Assembly (NCBI GenBank): GCA_977017645.1 | Contig: OZ360243.1 | Span: 28,830,001-28,894,000, forward strand | DNA length: 64,000 bases | Source of the DNA: Torpedo marmorata | Lineage: Eukaryota | Reading direction: 5' to 3' | Part shown: positions 51,235-64,000 of the stretch, one piece after another | Layout: every line of letters begins with the position of its first letter | Position numbering within the stretch: position 1 is the first letter of the stretch | The notes under the pieces: model-generated | Databases searched by the model: none | What the model was told of the DNA's origin: nothing | Seen by the model: the letters and a program-made list of their open reading frames with translations, nothing else | Program-made: the position numbers and the translations under genes

Positions 51235-51660
51235 CGCGCACAATTTATGGCGGGCCTGGGAAAGTCACACCGGCAATTTATAGTGAGCGTGGGAATAATA
51301 GCAGCAATGAAAGAACGCGCACAATTTATAGCGGGCGTGGGAATGTAATAGCAGCAATGAAAGAATGCGCACAATTTATAGCGGGCGTGGGAATGTAATA
51401 GCAGCAATGAAAGAATGCGCACAATTTATAGCGGGCGTGGGAAAGTTGCACCAGCAATTTATAGCGAGTGTGGGAATAATAAGCAGCAATGAAAGAACGC
51501 GTACAATTTATAGCGAGCGTGGGAATGTAATAGCGGCCATGAAAGAACGCGCACAATTTATGGCGGGCGTGGGAAAGTCGCACCGGCAATTTATAGCGAG
51601 CATGGAAATGTAATAGCGGCAATGAAAGAACACATACAATTTATAGCGAGCGTGGGAATT
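51235..51660. repeat. Composite minisatellite (10 copies of ~22-bp core, 33-bp and ~50-bp periods)
   Basis: Core CAATTTATAGCGRGCGTGGGAA separated by two recurring spacer types. Confidence 0.9.
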
Positions 51661-52138
51661 GGGTACATACAAAATGGCAAAATTCTAAATTTTAATCTTG
51701 GGAATATTTCTTTCGCCTGAGTGTTATGGTATTCCGAGAAACAGGATATTCTGGCTCGGGCACTGCACCTTATCAATGTTAATTGCCCAGACCCGTCCCC
51801 TGATGGAGGAGATTAACATATCAAGTGCCTCTGATCTGAGACAACATTAGGATGATTCTGCCCTATGGCATCAGTTTAATCATCCTCATTACATCAAATC
51901 AAACCATAAATCTCTCAATTGCACACTTTTTAACAAGATAAGGTTTCTTTTAAAGAAAGGTTTTTTTTAAATCATGATAAAATTAAAATCCTGCTTAACA
52001 CTGAAGCCTGTCTTCGATCTATTTAATTGATTCCTTTCCAAAGCTTGTTAATGTGTTGCAGGAGGATATCATCTATATAATGGGCTATTGACACCATTGG
52101 GGGAAGTTGAATGGGTGTAAATCGCGGGAGATTTACTG

Positions 52139-53088
52139 ATTATCAACATAGGCGCACCCCAAGGATGCTTGCTTAGTCCACTGCTCTACTCGTTATACAC
52201 CCATGACTGTGTGGCCAGGCACAATTCCAATGCCATCTACAAGTTTGCCGATGACACCACAGTTGTCGGCAGAATCACAAACGGCAATGAGGAAACGTAC
52301 AGGAGGGAGGTAGATCAGCTTGTTGAATGGTGTAATGACAACAACCTTGAGCTCAACGTCAGCAAAACCAAGGAGATGATTGTGGACTTCAGGAGGAAGT
52401 CAGGGGAACACCACCCAGTCCTCATCGAGGGCTCAGTCATGGAGAGGGTCAAGAACTTCAAATTCCTGGGTGTCAACATCTCCGAGGATCTGTCCTGGAG
52501 CATCTACATTTATGTAATCACAAAGAAGGCTCGTCAGCGGCTATACTTTGTGAGGTGTCTGCGGAGATTCGGTATGTCACCGAAGACTCTCGTAAACTTC
52601 TACAGGTGTACCGTGGAGAGCATTCTGGCTGGTTGCATCACTGCCTGGTATGGAGGCGCCAACTCTCAGGACAAGAGTAAACTCCAGAGGGTTGTTAACT
52701 CGGCCTGTGACAACACAGGCACCAAACTTCACTCCATCGAGGACATCTACATGAGGCGGTGTCTTAAAAAAGCAGCCTCTATCCTCAAAGACCCACACCA
52801 CCCAGGCCATGCCCTCTTCACTCTGCTTCCATCGGGAAAAAGGTACAGGAGCCTAAAGACGAGCACTTAACGGCACAAGGACAGCTTCTTCCCCGCTGCC
52901 ATCAGATTCCTGAATAATCAATGAACCAAAGACACTGCCTTACTTTTTGTGCACTATTGTTTATAATTTTTTTATAGTAATGTCGTAAGATGGTTAATAT
53001 GAATGTTAATTGCACTATGATGCTGCCGCAAACACCGAATTTCATGACTTGTTCATGACAATAAATTCTGATTCTGAATTCTGATTCT
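52139..53088 (+). mobile_element. Rex1/Babar LINE 3' fragment with open RT C-terminal ORF
   Basis: GAPQGCLLSPLLYSLYTHDC...YKFADDTTVVG; tail aataaattctgattctga repeats; candidate TSD GAGATTTACTG/GAGATTAACTG. Confidence 0.92.
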
Positions 53089-53784
53089 GAGATTAACTGG
53101 CAGATAGTGGGACTATGGAATGTGTTTTGTCTCATGTCCCAAGAAAATGCAAATTGCTGTTGTGAGTCGGAATGTAGAATACTACACCTGCGCGTTATAT
53201 GCGTGTGCGCGCTATACGAAAATATTTTTACTCAGTTTATGATTTTCTGCGTGTTATATGAGTGAAAATACGGTAATCCAGAGGCTGTTTTTATTGGATA
53301 TGGACATGGTCCCAATGGCTGTTTGTACTTCAATTTTATTTATTTAATTTAAAGACCAGTCAGACTTTTTGTGATGGGGAGTTTTTCAAAAACATAATAG
53401 GATTATGAAACCATGTAAAATTATTCTAAACTTTTGATTTAAATATGCAAAATACTGCTTCATTCATGTACTTTTGTTTGAGCATGACCATGTAAATTAC
53501 GAACATTTTCGAAACAATCATTGAAAGCCCAGCTGCTGCTTCATTTAACTGAAGGGGTTAATTAATTCTGTAATTTTTAAATGAAAAACATTTTCCTGCA
53601 GGTAATTTTAGAGACAGATGTAACTATAACTTGTGGTTTTAGCATTAGAAGCATAACATAATGAATAATACAGTACCTTTTTAAATGTATTCACAGAATA
53701 TGTTTTGAGCAATTCCCAAGAAATGATAAATCTGAATTTGCTTCCAGAAAATTGGAGCCACCTTGTAACATTTTAAATTTAAAT

Positions 53785-54022
53785 TTAGACATGTAGCACG
53801 GTAACAGGCCCTTTCAGCCCATGAGCCCATGCTGCCCAATTACACCCAATTGACCTACACCCTGTAACGTTTTTTAATGGTGGGAGGAAACCGGAGCACC
53901 CGGGGAAACCCACTCAAACACGAGGAGAATGCACAAACTCTTTACAGACAGTGCGGGATTTGAATCCTGGTCACTGACGCTGTTACAGCGTTGTGCTAAC
54001 CGCTACGCTAACTGTGCCACCC
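53785..54022 (-). mobile_element. tRNA-derived V-SINE (HE1-like)
   Basis: Reverse-complement homolog of 31188-31395. Confidence 0.85.
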
Positions 54023-54154
54023 AGTGATTTTGTTAGTCTTCACCGTTCAATTGAGGTCAGAGATGCTTAATTTATGTTTTCATGTTGAAGCAAAGTTTGA
54101 TTACAAGAAAGTATGAGCCTATTCAAAAGAAACTAGTTTTTTTGACTGTCATTA

Positions 54155-54635
54155 AACAGGAAAGTTTGCAAACACTGTGATCGTAGTGCAATACGCAAAG
54201 GTGCAGTACACACAGCGCCTATAGGAAGCAAAGGGATATAATCAAGATTTGTGGCCTGAGCCCTTTGTCAAAGTATGAGCAAAAAGCAGGTAGGTGCCTG
54301 AGTAAAAAGATGGGGGGTGGGGGGGGGGAAGGAGAGGAGAGAAGGAGGGACAGGGGGAGGAGGCAGGAGGTCGTATGTGGATATGGGTGGGAGGATAGAA
54401 GAGAATAAATCGGAGAAGTGATGGGGGAGGGGGGTAGTAGCTCTTTGGAGATTGAATGAGGTGGGAGCTGGAGGAAAGGAGACAGGGATAGGGAGAGACA
54501 GGGGAAGGGCCTAATGGAAACTGGAGAAGTCGATTTTAATGCCATCTGGTTGGAAAGTGCTCTGGTGGAATATCAGGTGTTGTTCCTCCAATCTGCGGGT
54601 GGTCTCTGTTTAGAAGTGCATGACGCTGTGGACAT
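54155..54635 (-). mobile_element. Penelope-like 3' fragment
   Basis: Minus LEEQHLIF...QPDGIKIDFS, purine tract, tail with tttgacaaagggctcaggcc. Confidence 0.8.
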
Positions 54636-55566
54636 GTTACTTTGAGAACTTTAATACCCTCCCAAGCCATCCACATTACGATGTCCCTGAGTGCCATTAC
54701 AGATGGTAGATTATTCTATGGTGAAACATTGAAAATCTAGCTTTCAAACTACTTTAAAGTTTGCAGTCAGCCTGAATCTTCCGTGCCACTAATAGAAGTT
54801 AATGATCAACTTTAGATTAACTTGTGTCAATTAATGTTTACCGAGTAAAAATATAACTTTCAAATTGTAATGAATCTCAGTTATATTTTGAAAATATTGA
54901 TTTTGTTAATTTCAACTACATTTGTAGCTTATCTTATCTCTAATTTTGTGAGTTTGGAGCAACATTTGCAGTTTTCCTGAAGCATCCCAAACGCAATCTT
55001 TATTTCCAAGGGGTGAGTGCATGTTTGAATCTGGCAATTACGGTGCGATTTTAGAATTTCAACTTCCACGTTACATCATAGCCTGGTCACTTTAAATGAC
55101 TCTCTATGAAGGAGCTTTTTGTAGAGTTTGTTAAATTGATGGGCCGTCACCGTCAGATGTGATATCCAGCAGCTACTTTGATCTGTTTTGCTCAGAGGGT
55201 CTGTTCAGTCAGACACAATGCTACATCGTGATGGTAATGAGCTGTGTAAACTTGCTTAACTGTGTGAACTTTCAGACTCTTAATTTCTTCCTTTGTTTAT
55301 CAAATTTTACCATTGTTAAAACATTTGTCTTTTGAAGTAGGTAATTTCCTGTTTTAGCAACATCCTCTGCAGCCTGCTTGTCAATTGACTGACTGATTTA
55401 CATTGAGGTTGAACTAGATTAGAGGATTTAAATCACCATACTGCTTTGTTCTTAGAACCATCGAGTATGTGATAAAACTGGTCAGCGGTGATACACGGCA
55501 GGGGAAATGTGAACTGATTCTTTGCTTTTGGTTGAATTGGTATAAATATTGTTTTTTAAAAAAAAA

Positions 55567-56322
55567 CTAATGGTTTAAAAAAATGGCGGCACTGCCACTG
55601 GTGCAGACACGGGAGAGTGGAGACAACGCTTCTCTGAAGGGTTCATCCACCCAGTCTTGATGCCAGGGGCTCCGTACAGACTTTAAACAGCCCGATAAAG
55701 GAGCCAACGGTGTTTGTAAGTAAAATCCTCGAACCGTGGAAGTCTGTGCCCAAGATGGCAATGCCTGTATTTGCAGCGGCGACGAGGGGTTGTAGACTCT
55801 GGGGAGCAGCGGACCGGCACAGGGTACCAGAAACGGCGAGAAACACTCCACCCCCCCCCACCCACCCACCCCACACAGTTGAGAAGGAGAAGCATAGGAG
55901 ACGACCCGACAGGATGGTGACGATGGCAGCGGGCCAGCAAGGGGCTGAGGGGCCCACTCAGGCTGCAGGCGACTTGCAGTCGGGGACCCGGACGGGCTGC
56001 TGGAGACTGACACATGGGAACCAAGTATTGGAGCTGGGATTCGAGAGGGTGCTGAGGGCAAGAAGGGCTCGGGAGCTTCCTTGGGTTGCCGATGATTCGA
56101 ACAGGAGTCTGTGTGGCTGCAGAGGCTACGGGAGCACTGGAGGCGAATCTACAGACACTCAGTGTCTCTGAAGGGATGCTTTTTTGCTTCTCTTCTTCTC
56201 TTCCTGTGAGGGGCACTGGGAGACACTAATGGCGACTTTATTGGCCTTGCGGCATGCAGAAGGTAATTTTGTGCAATAATACATGTTCTGTACTATTACA
56301 TGACAATAAAGAAATCTTGAAT
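55567..56322 (+). mobile_element. Putative non-autonomous retroposon, non-coding, with Rex/Babar-like tail
   Basis: GC-rich block starting AAAATGGCGGC, ending catgacaataaagaaatcttga (cf. catgacaataaattctga of Rex1/Babar). Confidence 0.45.
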
Positions 56323-56653
56323 ATTTGTAGTTTGGCTGATGACCTTTGTCAGTCAATGGGGTGGGTGGAAAAGAATGAATGAAAAGTCATCCATGACCCT
56401 GAGGGATTGTCTAAGGAGAAAGAAAATATTCATTCCCATTCACATTGTAGAATTGTTGGTGGGCAGGTCAGTATTAAGACAGTAAAGGATATTGTACAAA
56501 ATTCAGTGGTTAAAAGAGAAGAAATGTGAACATTTGGAGACGAGGACCTGTGTTATCTAATTGAAATCCACAATGGATAATTAAGGAAAAAGTGATATTT
56601 CAAATATTCAACCTGATTTAAGTAAAGTGATGGTCGTCAATTATAATTTCATA

Positions 56654-56825
56654 TGCAATACACAAAAGTGCTGCAGAAACTCAGCAGCGTCTGTTGGAAG
56701 CAAATAGATATAACCAATATTTCAAGACTGAGTCCTTATCTTGATGAAGGGCTCAGGTGCTGCGTGACCTGTTGAGTTTCTCCAGCACTTTTGTGTATTG
56801 CACTACAATCACATCTGCAGACTTC
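56654..56825. mobile_element. Hairpin of two Penelope-type termini (MER6-like)
   Basis: ~30-bp inverted repeat tgcaatacacaaaagtgctg.agaaactca / tgagtttctccagcacttttgtgtattgca around ttgatgaagggctcagg. Confidence 0.65.
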
Positions 56826-57984
56826 ACTGTTTTAAAAAATGTACATTATTTCATTCTTTAAACTTTCTGGTTGGCTGACTGAACATTCTTCAATTTTACT
56901 GGTTAGTTGTCTGTTTGTTGTAATCATTGTTGATGGATGCCAGAGAGTGCCTATAATTAGCACCAGTTGGCTTGGATAAGGGAAAACAAGACTGAAGAAT
57001 TTTGATTTGATACCAGTTTTTTTTTTTTAGGTTACCACTGAATGCAATTCCTTTGCAGATGGCCACAATATCCAAGTGATTGCAATTTGTTAAGCCTTAT
57101 TGCACAAGTGTTGAAGCACTCAATTCTCAAAGTATGGTTTATTGAATTCAGTCTGGAAAAGACTGATTTTGATTGCATAATTGAGTTTTAAATGTATCAA
57201 AATTCTACAGTTATGCAGAAGTTATACAATCAAGTTTATCACTGCATCAACTTTCTGTGTAGAGTAGAATCTTTTATAAAAAAAAAAAAAAAAAAAAAGA
57301 ACAAGATAATTGTTCAAGTTCTAAACTGATAAAAGAATGTTGGCCCGAATGCCAAGAGGTATTGCTCCTTTAATCGGAGAAATGTCATTACTGTTGCAAC
57401 AGGATCAGGCCACTTAACGGTTTTAATCTGAATACACAAAAAGGTGTGCTGGAAAAGGAAAAATTTCACTTTGAAAATGAAGGGAATGTTGTCACAATTC
57501 CATTTAGCAACAATATTCAGGCAAAAGTGTAAGTAGCTTCACTATGTAAATAAGCACGCTGCTGTTGGCCTTAACATGTTTGGTTTGCTAGTGAAGTCTA
57601 AAGTATTCTGATCTCTGGCATCTGTTTTGACAACTGCATCATTCACAAAGAGTTAATATTTAAAAATTAGTGCAAACTGATTAAGGAGATTCCTTAAACA
57701 TTAACTGTGTTTTAACGTAATAAATTGTTGCAGTCCATGCTGCAGTTTAGCAAGCAGATAATGTGGACTTGGGTTGGAGGTTTCTCTTGCAGCATTAATT
57801 CACCTCTCCGTTTTATGCTTGCGATCTCTCCTTCCCACCCAGTCTCAAAAGTCCTGTCCTGAAACATTGGCTGAACATTTATACCCATGCATGCTGCCTG
57901 ACTAACTGAGTCCCTCTAGCTTTTCATTGTTTGTTCAATGTTGCAGCATCTGCAGTTTCTTGTCTCCATGAAGGACACTTTCTG

Positions 57985-58667
57985 TTACTTGGTCCTGCCC
58001 TAAAAGTAAGATCTTTTTGGACAGACTTAAGAACTTTTTTAGAGCAGATTATAGGAATTAAATTTCCACAAGATCCAATGTTGTTTTTATTAGGTAATAT
58101 TAAGGGGATAAGATCAAAATTGAAATTAAATACCTATCAAAAAGAATTTGTAAAAATTGCACTAGCAATAGCAAAAAAATGTATAGCAGTAACTTGGAAA
58201 TCAGACTCCCATTTGGGTATGGAACGGTGGAATACAGAAATGTGTAGTTGTATTCCACTTGAGAAGATTACATATAATTTAAGAAATAAATATGATGTAT
58301 TTTTTAAAATTTGGCACCAATACTTATAAACTGTGGGAATAAATTTATAGATATTTCCCCACCTTGAGTACCTCGTCAACCTCTGAGAGAATTTAAAAAA
58401 AAAAATCGTAATTAATTAGAACCGTGTGGTGGGTAGCGATTTCTTAGCAGCCAGGTTACTTTATCTTTCTTTATAATTTTCTTTATTTCTCTTCTTTCTC
58501 TTTCTTTTCCTTTCTGGGGTTTTGGTTTGGGGGGAGGGGGGGTGGGGATTTTCTTTTTATATACCATCATGTATAAATAAATCAATAATTTAATATTCTA
58601 TTATGTATTTTATAAACTATACATGTATGGATGAAAATTTTTCTTAAATAAAATATTCCCCCCAAAA
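57985..58667 (+). mobile_element. L1-clade LINE 3' fragment
   Basis: 14-bp TSD AAGGACACTTTCTG (57971-57984/58668-58681); FW...AKKCIAVTWKS...IPLEKITY..R.K...FFKIW; A-rich tail. Confidence 0.88.
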
Positions 58668-58824
58668 AAGGACACTTTCTGAATGCTCGTAGTGAAGTGG
58701 ACATTGTACACTGCTTTTCTATAGATGTGTCCAACTGTTGAGTAGTCACAGGATTTAATTGTTTGCTGAGGAAATTCTGTGAATTGAGGTCAATCAGAAT
58801 TGAATTAGTGTTTTTAGCCGAGAG

Positions 58825-59038
58825 CAGCCATTCTCAACGGGGGCCATATGCCTCCCCCCCCCCCCCACCCTGTGGCCACAGCACATTTATGGGGGAGCCA
58901 CGGACTGAATTTTTTTTTAATGTAGTCGGTAGCTGAGAAGTGTGGAGGAAACCAACTAAACGTGACTGCTTCACAGGGAAGGGTGCCCATAAACTTTGAG
59001 CAGGAGGCCATAGCCAAAAAAAAGGTTGAGAATGGCTG
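58825..59038. mobile_element. hAT MITE
   Basis: 14-bp TIR cagccattctcaac / gttgagaatggctg; 8-bp TSD GCCGAGAG/GTCTAGAG. Confidence 0.82.
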
Positions 59039-59888
59039 GTCTAGAGCTTTCCCTGCTATTCCAAGCATAGGCCAGGAGCACAAACAGCAAAACTGGGTGT
59101 CCTGGTTGTGATAAAAGCACAGAATTGCTGGAGGAACTCAGCTAGTCTTGATTGTGGTGATCTCTTCATAAATCAGTGCAACATTACAAGGTGGAAGTTC
59201 TCATTTTATTCATGTGTAAGGATCTGTGTGCTAGATCGTTAACCTTTGGGTGTCATTTGAAGCTCAAAATGAAGAACCCTTTTGAGGCTTTTTAACATTA
59301 ATATTAACCGGATGCTTTGTAAAGTGGAGGAATCAATCTGGTGGTATTACGGTTGGTACACAATGCATGTCTTTACTCACCCACTGCACCTGTGCCATAT
59401 TTGTGCTAGTTTGTGATCTGTACTACCTATAGTTAGCACAGGTTTGCATATGAACATGCGGACAAGATTGGGTTCTGCTGGGGTGCCATCAGTTTTGGTG
59501 GGAACAGGTTAAGGACGCTAAAGCTGCTCAAATTGAAACTGGTGTGTACTGTATTACAATTGTATACATTCAGGTGCATGAGACTTTGTCATACTAGAAG
59601 ACGTGGAAATGTTTGTTTTTAGAACAGATAACAGCAAATTGATAGTCCGGACGCAGACAAAGGAAGCGCAAGGACGGAGAGGAAAGAAAGGAAGATAACG
59701 GATTACAATTAAGCCTGACGGTGGGAGGTACAGCACCCAGCGACCCCCAGCTCCGGGAGGCCGTGAGCAAGGCTAATGGCCCCCGGCCCTGGGAGACCGG
59801 GAGCAGTGGAGAGGCAGTCGTCCCCCAGTTCCGGGAGCAGCCCGGACGCCGTGGCCCCCCAGCTACGGGAGAAGAATGCAAACCAACA

Positions 59889-60515
59889 AAGAGAACTTAT
59901 TTACTGCATCCGGTGCTCCCTTTGTGGCTTTCTCTACATCGGAGAGACCGGTCGTAGATTGGGAGATCGCTTTGCTGAGCACCTCCTCTCCGTCCGCAAC
60001 AACAGCGACCTCCCAGTAGCCAACCATTTCAATTCCGAGTCACACTCCCACACTCACATGTCTGTCCATGGTCTTATGTACTCTCCCACCCAGACTACCC
60101 GCAAATTGGAGGAACAACATCTCATTTTCCGTCTGGGCACTCTCCAGCCAGATGGCATTAACATTGACTTTTCTGCTTTCCACTAAACCTGCTTGTCGTT
60201 TCCTTCCCCTCCCCTCTCACCTGACCTTCCTGTTTTTTTCCACCCACCCAGCCATCCCTCCTCCCCCTCTTTGTTGCTGTCCCCTCCCTCCTTTCTCCAC
60301 CTATCATCTCCTGCCTTTGCCACCCTTCCCCCCTCACTCTTTTGTTCGGACACCTGCCGGCATTTCCTCATACTTTGATGAAGGCCTCAAGCCCGAAACG
60401 TCGGTTATGTATTTCTACCTTTGATACATAAAAGACACTGTTTGACCTGCTGAGTTTCTCCAGCATTTGTGTTTTTTTTTACTTCAACCACGGTGTCTAC
60501 AGATTTTCGTGTTTT
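59889..60515 (+). mobile_element. Penelope-like 3' fragment, same family as 38190-39180
   Basis: LIYCIRCSLCGFLYIGETGRRLGDRFAEHL...LQPDGINIDFS; hammerhead-like motif 60369-60409. Confidence 0.9.
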
Positions 60516-62340
60516 ATTATATGATGGATGTGTTCTCCAAAATGGGCTTTGGGGATGGAATCCGGAATTGGATTAAATTGCTCTACACAGACATCTGTAG
60601 TGCAGACCAAATCTATGGGTGGGAAACAGATAGCTTCCCTATCAAGTCTGGATTTAGGCAGGGCTGCCCTCTGTCTCCAGTCTTATTTGTGTGCTGCATA
60701 GAGTCCTTTGCTGAATCCATCAGGAAGGATGAGGACATAAGGGGAGTGACTTTGCCAGGCAGCGGAGGCGCTCAGGTCAAGGCCTCCCTGTGTATGGACG
60801 ACGTCACTGTCTTCTGTTTGGATGCACAATCAGTCTGGAGACTGACCAGCATATGCGAGCAATTTGAGTCCGCATCAGGTGCTAGGGTTAACCAGAAGAA
60901 GATCTGACTACCTGAAGGTGCTGGGGATCTGGTTTGGAGGGGCTGAGGCGTGCAACAAAAATTGGAGCGGATCGCCAAGGTCCACCAAAAATTGGGACTA
61001 TGGGGGCGGTGCTCCCTCTCGATAACAGGGAAGAACTTGGTCATCCAGTGTGAGGTGCTCTCGTTGCTGCTGTACTTGGCGCAGGTGTAGCCCATCTCCC
61101 TCACCTCCACCCTGGCAGTCACCTGGGCAGTTTTCAGATTCATTTGGGGTTCCAAAATGGATAGGGTCCAATGGAGCGCCATGTACAAGTCACCAGAAAA
61201 TGGTGGCAAGGGCGTACCCAACGTGGCCCTCATCCTGATGACCACCTTCGTGTGTGGCTGCATCAAGCTGTGCATGGAACCAAAGTATGAGGGCACCAAG
61301 TGCCGCTTCGTGCTGAGGTTCTACCTGTCCCGGGTGTTGTGAATGATGGGCCTGGTCCTGTTATCGCGCAATGTCCCAGTTAGCTGGACTTTTCCGCACC
61401 ACCTATCCTTCGTGGAAAAGTTTTTCCAGGACAACACCTTTCACCACAATGCCATCAGGCAGTGGTCAGCATGGAACGTCCTGCAGAAACTAAGAGAGGA
61501 GGACTCTATGGATCCGGTGGGATGGTTCCCTGAGCAGACCGTCCAGGTCATCTGGCGGAATGCCTCATCGGCAGGGCTCACAAACGAGCACCAGGATTTG
61601 GTCTGGCTGGTGGTGAGAGGAGCCCTCCCAGTGTGATCCTCCTTGAACAACCGGAACATCACCCTCCACGCACGTTGTCCCCGAGATGACTGCGGTGGAG
61701 TGCAGACTGTCGCCCACCTCATTGCTGAATGTAGATTCGCAAAGAGTGTGTGGAGAGGGATGCAGGGGGCTTTGTCACGGTTCATCCCCAGCGGCAGCGT
61801 GACAGAGGACTCTCTGATCTACGTACTGTCCCCGGGGACACACTCTGAGTCCAACATCCAGAACTGCTGGAAGACCATCAACTCGGTGAAGGTCACCCTT
61901 TGGACAGCCCGAGACCTGTTGGTCTTTCAGCATACTGAGATATCAGTGAGGGAATGCTGCCGACTGGCACATTCCGTGCTACAGGAGTATGTGCTGAGGG
62001 ATGTGCTGAGGCTTGGTGTAGCCAACGTGAGGGCACTGTGGGGAAGGAGCACAGTTTAGAGTCCTCCCATTACCGGGCACTGAGGGGCTGACACTGAGGA
62101 AGCCCCTCAACCAACAGAGGTGGGGGAGGAACAACAAGGTGCCACAGGGGTGGTAACAAGAGTATTGAGAAGAATGTAAAATGTTCATTGACGAGATGAT
62201 TGACACTGTAAAAGGTTTTGAACAGTTTTTCCTGTATTGTAAATAATTTACCCGATATGAATGTTAAAGTCTTGAACAGTTTTTTTTCCTCCTGTATTGT
62301 ATATAATTTATTGCGAATAAAGTATATTTTTGGAAAAAAA
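60516..62340 (+). mobile_element. Tx1-clade LINE ORF2 (RT + Zn finger) and 3' end, disrupted
   Basis: KMGFG..IRNWIKLLY, GFRQGCPLSP, CMDDVTVF, GGKGVPN, CPRDDCGG..TVAHLIAEC; aataaa and A tail. Confidence 0.9.
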
Positions 62341-64000
62341 GTAGGTGCAGTTAAATGTGGATAAGGAGACTCAACAATTCACACAATTCTCAGTATCTGC
62401 TGACCTGCCATCTGTGAATACCCCTAATTGAGTTTGGGAACACTGGGTTCAGGTCAAGAACGTAGATAGGTTCTGTAGGTGAGGCAGGTGTGTCCAGAGA
62501 GGGTTCAGAATCGTGGGTAGGTTTGCAAACAAGTTCAAACTGAATCGGTGCATTAATTTATTACATCCACCTTTTGTGTACATCATTGCCAACTGTCTTA
62601 GTGGTCACATTATTGTTATTGATGTGAAATCCATGCTCCTGTCCTCCATGAATCATGAAGACTTAATGTATTTGTGAAGGAATGCTCGCTTTGGTTTTCA
62701 TTCCAAGACCACACCACCTATTTATGATGCAAAATCAATGCAGAAGATCTCTCGAGCCACAATGGGCAAGATGCTGTGAAGTATACATCTTTGCATGTTA
62801 TAGTCTTAAATTGAGAAAGAAGCATTGCCTTTGTAGATAAACATCAACTTCAATTAGATAGAACTTTTTACTCTGGTCAGAAATCACAAATCTTTTGAGC
62901 AAATTTTGGTTCTTGATCTGGAAAATCTACAGTGGCTATGCGGAGAATTCAATGATGGCCTCAATCAGTTATCTAAATATGACTGCATAATCAAATGTAC
63001 AAGTTTGAAACAACATTCAATTCAGATTCATTGTCATAGTGACCATATGAGAATTTAGATATAGGGGGTGAAAGCATGTTCTTCACATTTAAAGACAGTG
63101 ATGCATTTTCTGGTTGCAGCAATGGAGTTGGCCATGATGGACAAAGATAGTGCTCTAAGACAACTATACAAAAATATTTTAAAAGGATGGATTTAGTCAG
63201 ACAAACGTCCAGTTGAATACAACTAACAATACTTAACTGCTCAGGATTTGATGGAACACTTTTGTTAAATGGAAAATTTTAAAACTTCACACCCACTATT
63301 TTGATATTGTGAGAAAATAATTGTTTATTGGCTGGGGATAAATGGGTGTACTGTCTGTCAGGATTGCTGAGAAAGACTTGTTCCTAGCTGGAAATGGTCA
63401 TTCAGATTTATGAAAAGAAACAGTTCGAATGGTATGATAGTCACGGGCAGCAGAAACATTCAAACAAGTCTGACACTTGGAAAGGAAATGTTTAAAATGT
63501 GCGGTAAAAAGATGTATGAAAATAGGAGATGAAGTTAGCACTGTTTACTTATCTCAATTTTGGCAAGGAAGGTACAAGCAGATATCAATTAGTCTTTCAA
63601 TTGAGGGTATCCAGACATTGATCCAGAAGGGACTGGAAGAAAATACACAATTTAAATTTTTTTATTTTTTATTTTTATTTATTTATTATTATTATTATTT
63701 TTTTGCAGCTTTGTGTCAAGAAGTGACACCTTCATGAAGTCAAAATATGGATAGAAAGCCAATAGCAAGCTCATTCCTTTGTGAACTTTGGGGAAACGTG
63801 TGAATAAATTGTTTCTGTAAATGACGTGAAGTAATCTTTTTTAAAGCAGCATTGTGTATGATTATTTAATTCTACTTTGCTGTTTGACTTTGTTCTGTTG
63901 CGCTACTTGATCCCAGTGCAACTCCAAACTTGCAATTACTTTTGATGTATCTGCCATGAAAATTGGATTTCTTCTCATAGTGGTTCTCCTGTTACTGGCA

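Noticed and set aside
51235-51660. CRISPR-like repeat-spacer array
   Set aside because: Spacers are only two recurring types, the context is a vertebrate intron, and there are no cas genes; it is a minisatellite.
63700-63737. ttttgcag acceptor as the next LAMB1 exon
   Set aside because: In the required phase it reads TLCQEVTPS*, with no LE-repeat pattern.
63845-63860. agcagcattgt resembling the miR-103/107 5' end
   Set aside because: The match stops after 11 nt and no hairpin is evident.

Overview
Eukaryotic vertebrate genomic DNA. The repeat repertoire (HE1/V-SINE-like SINEs, CR1/HER1-like LINEs, abundant Penelope elements) suggests a cartilaginous fish, probably a ray or skate; this is an inference. 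The window lies inside a + strand laminin beta-1 (LAMB1) gene. I can splice 21 GT-AG exons (718-36568; 3151 coding nt, phases consistent) encoding the LN domain, LE repeats, domain IV (L4b/LF) and further LE repeats. An intron of more than 27 kb then runs off the window end. Introns are packed with often nested transposons: an internally deleted Gag-only Gypsy/Mag-like LTR element, Penelope-like elements with hammerhead-ribozyme motifs, CR1, Rex1/Babar, RTE, L1 and Tx1 LINEs, Tigger and Passer/POGK-like pogo transposons, hAT MITEs and tRNA-derived SINEs. The most unusual signal is a 17-copy array of the tRNA-Leu primer-binding-site core in the LTR element leader. Most short ORFs in the supplied track are spurious or transposon-derived. 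No prokaryotic-type system or CRISPR array is present.
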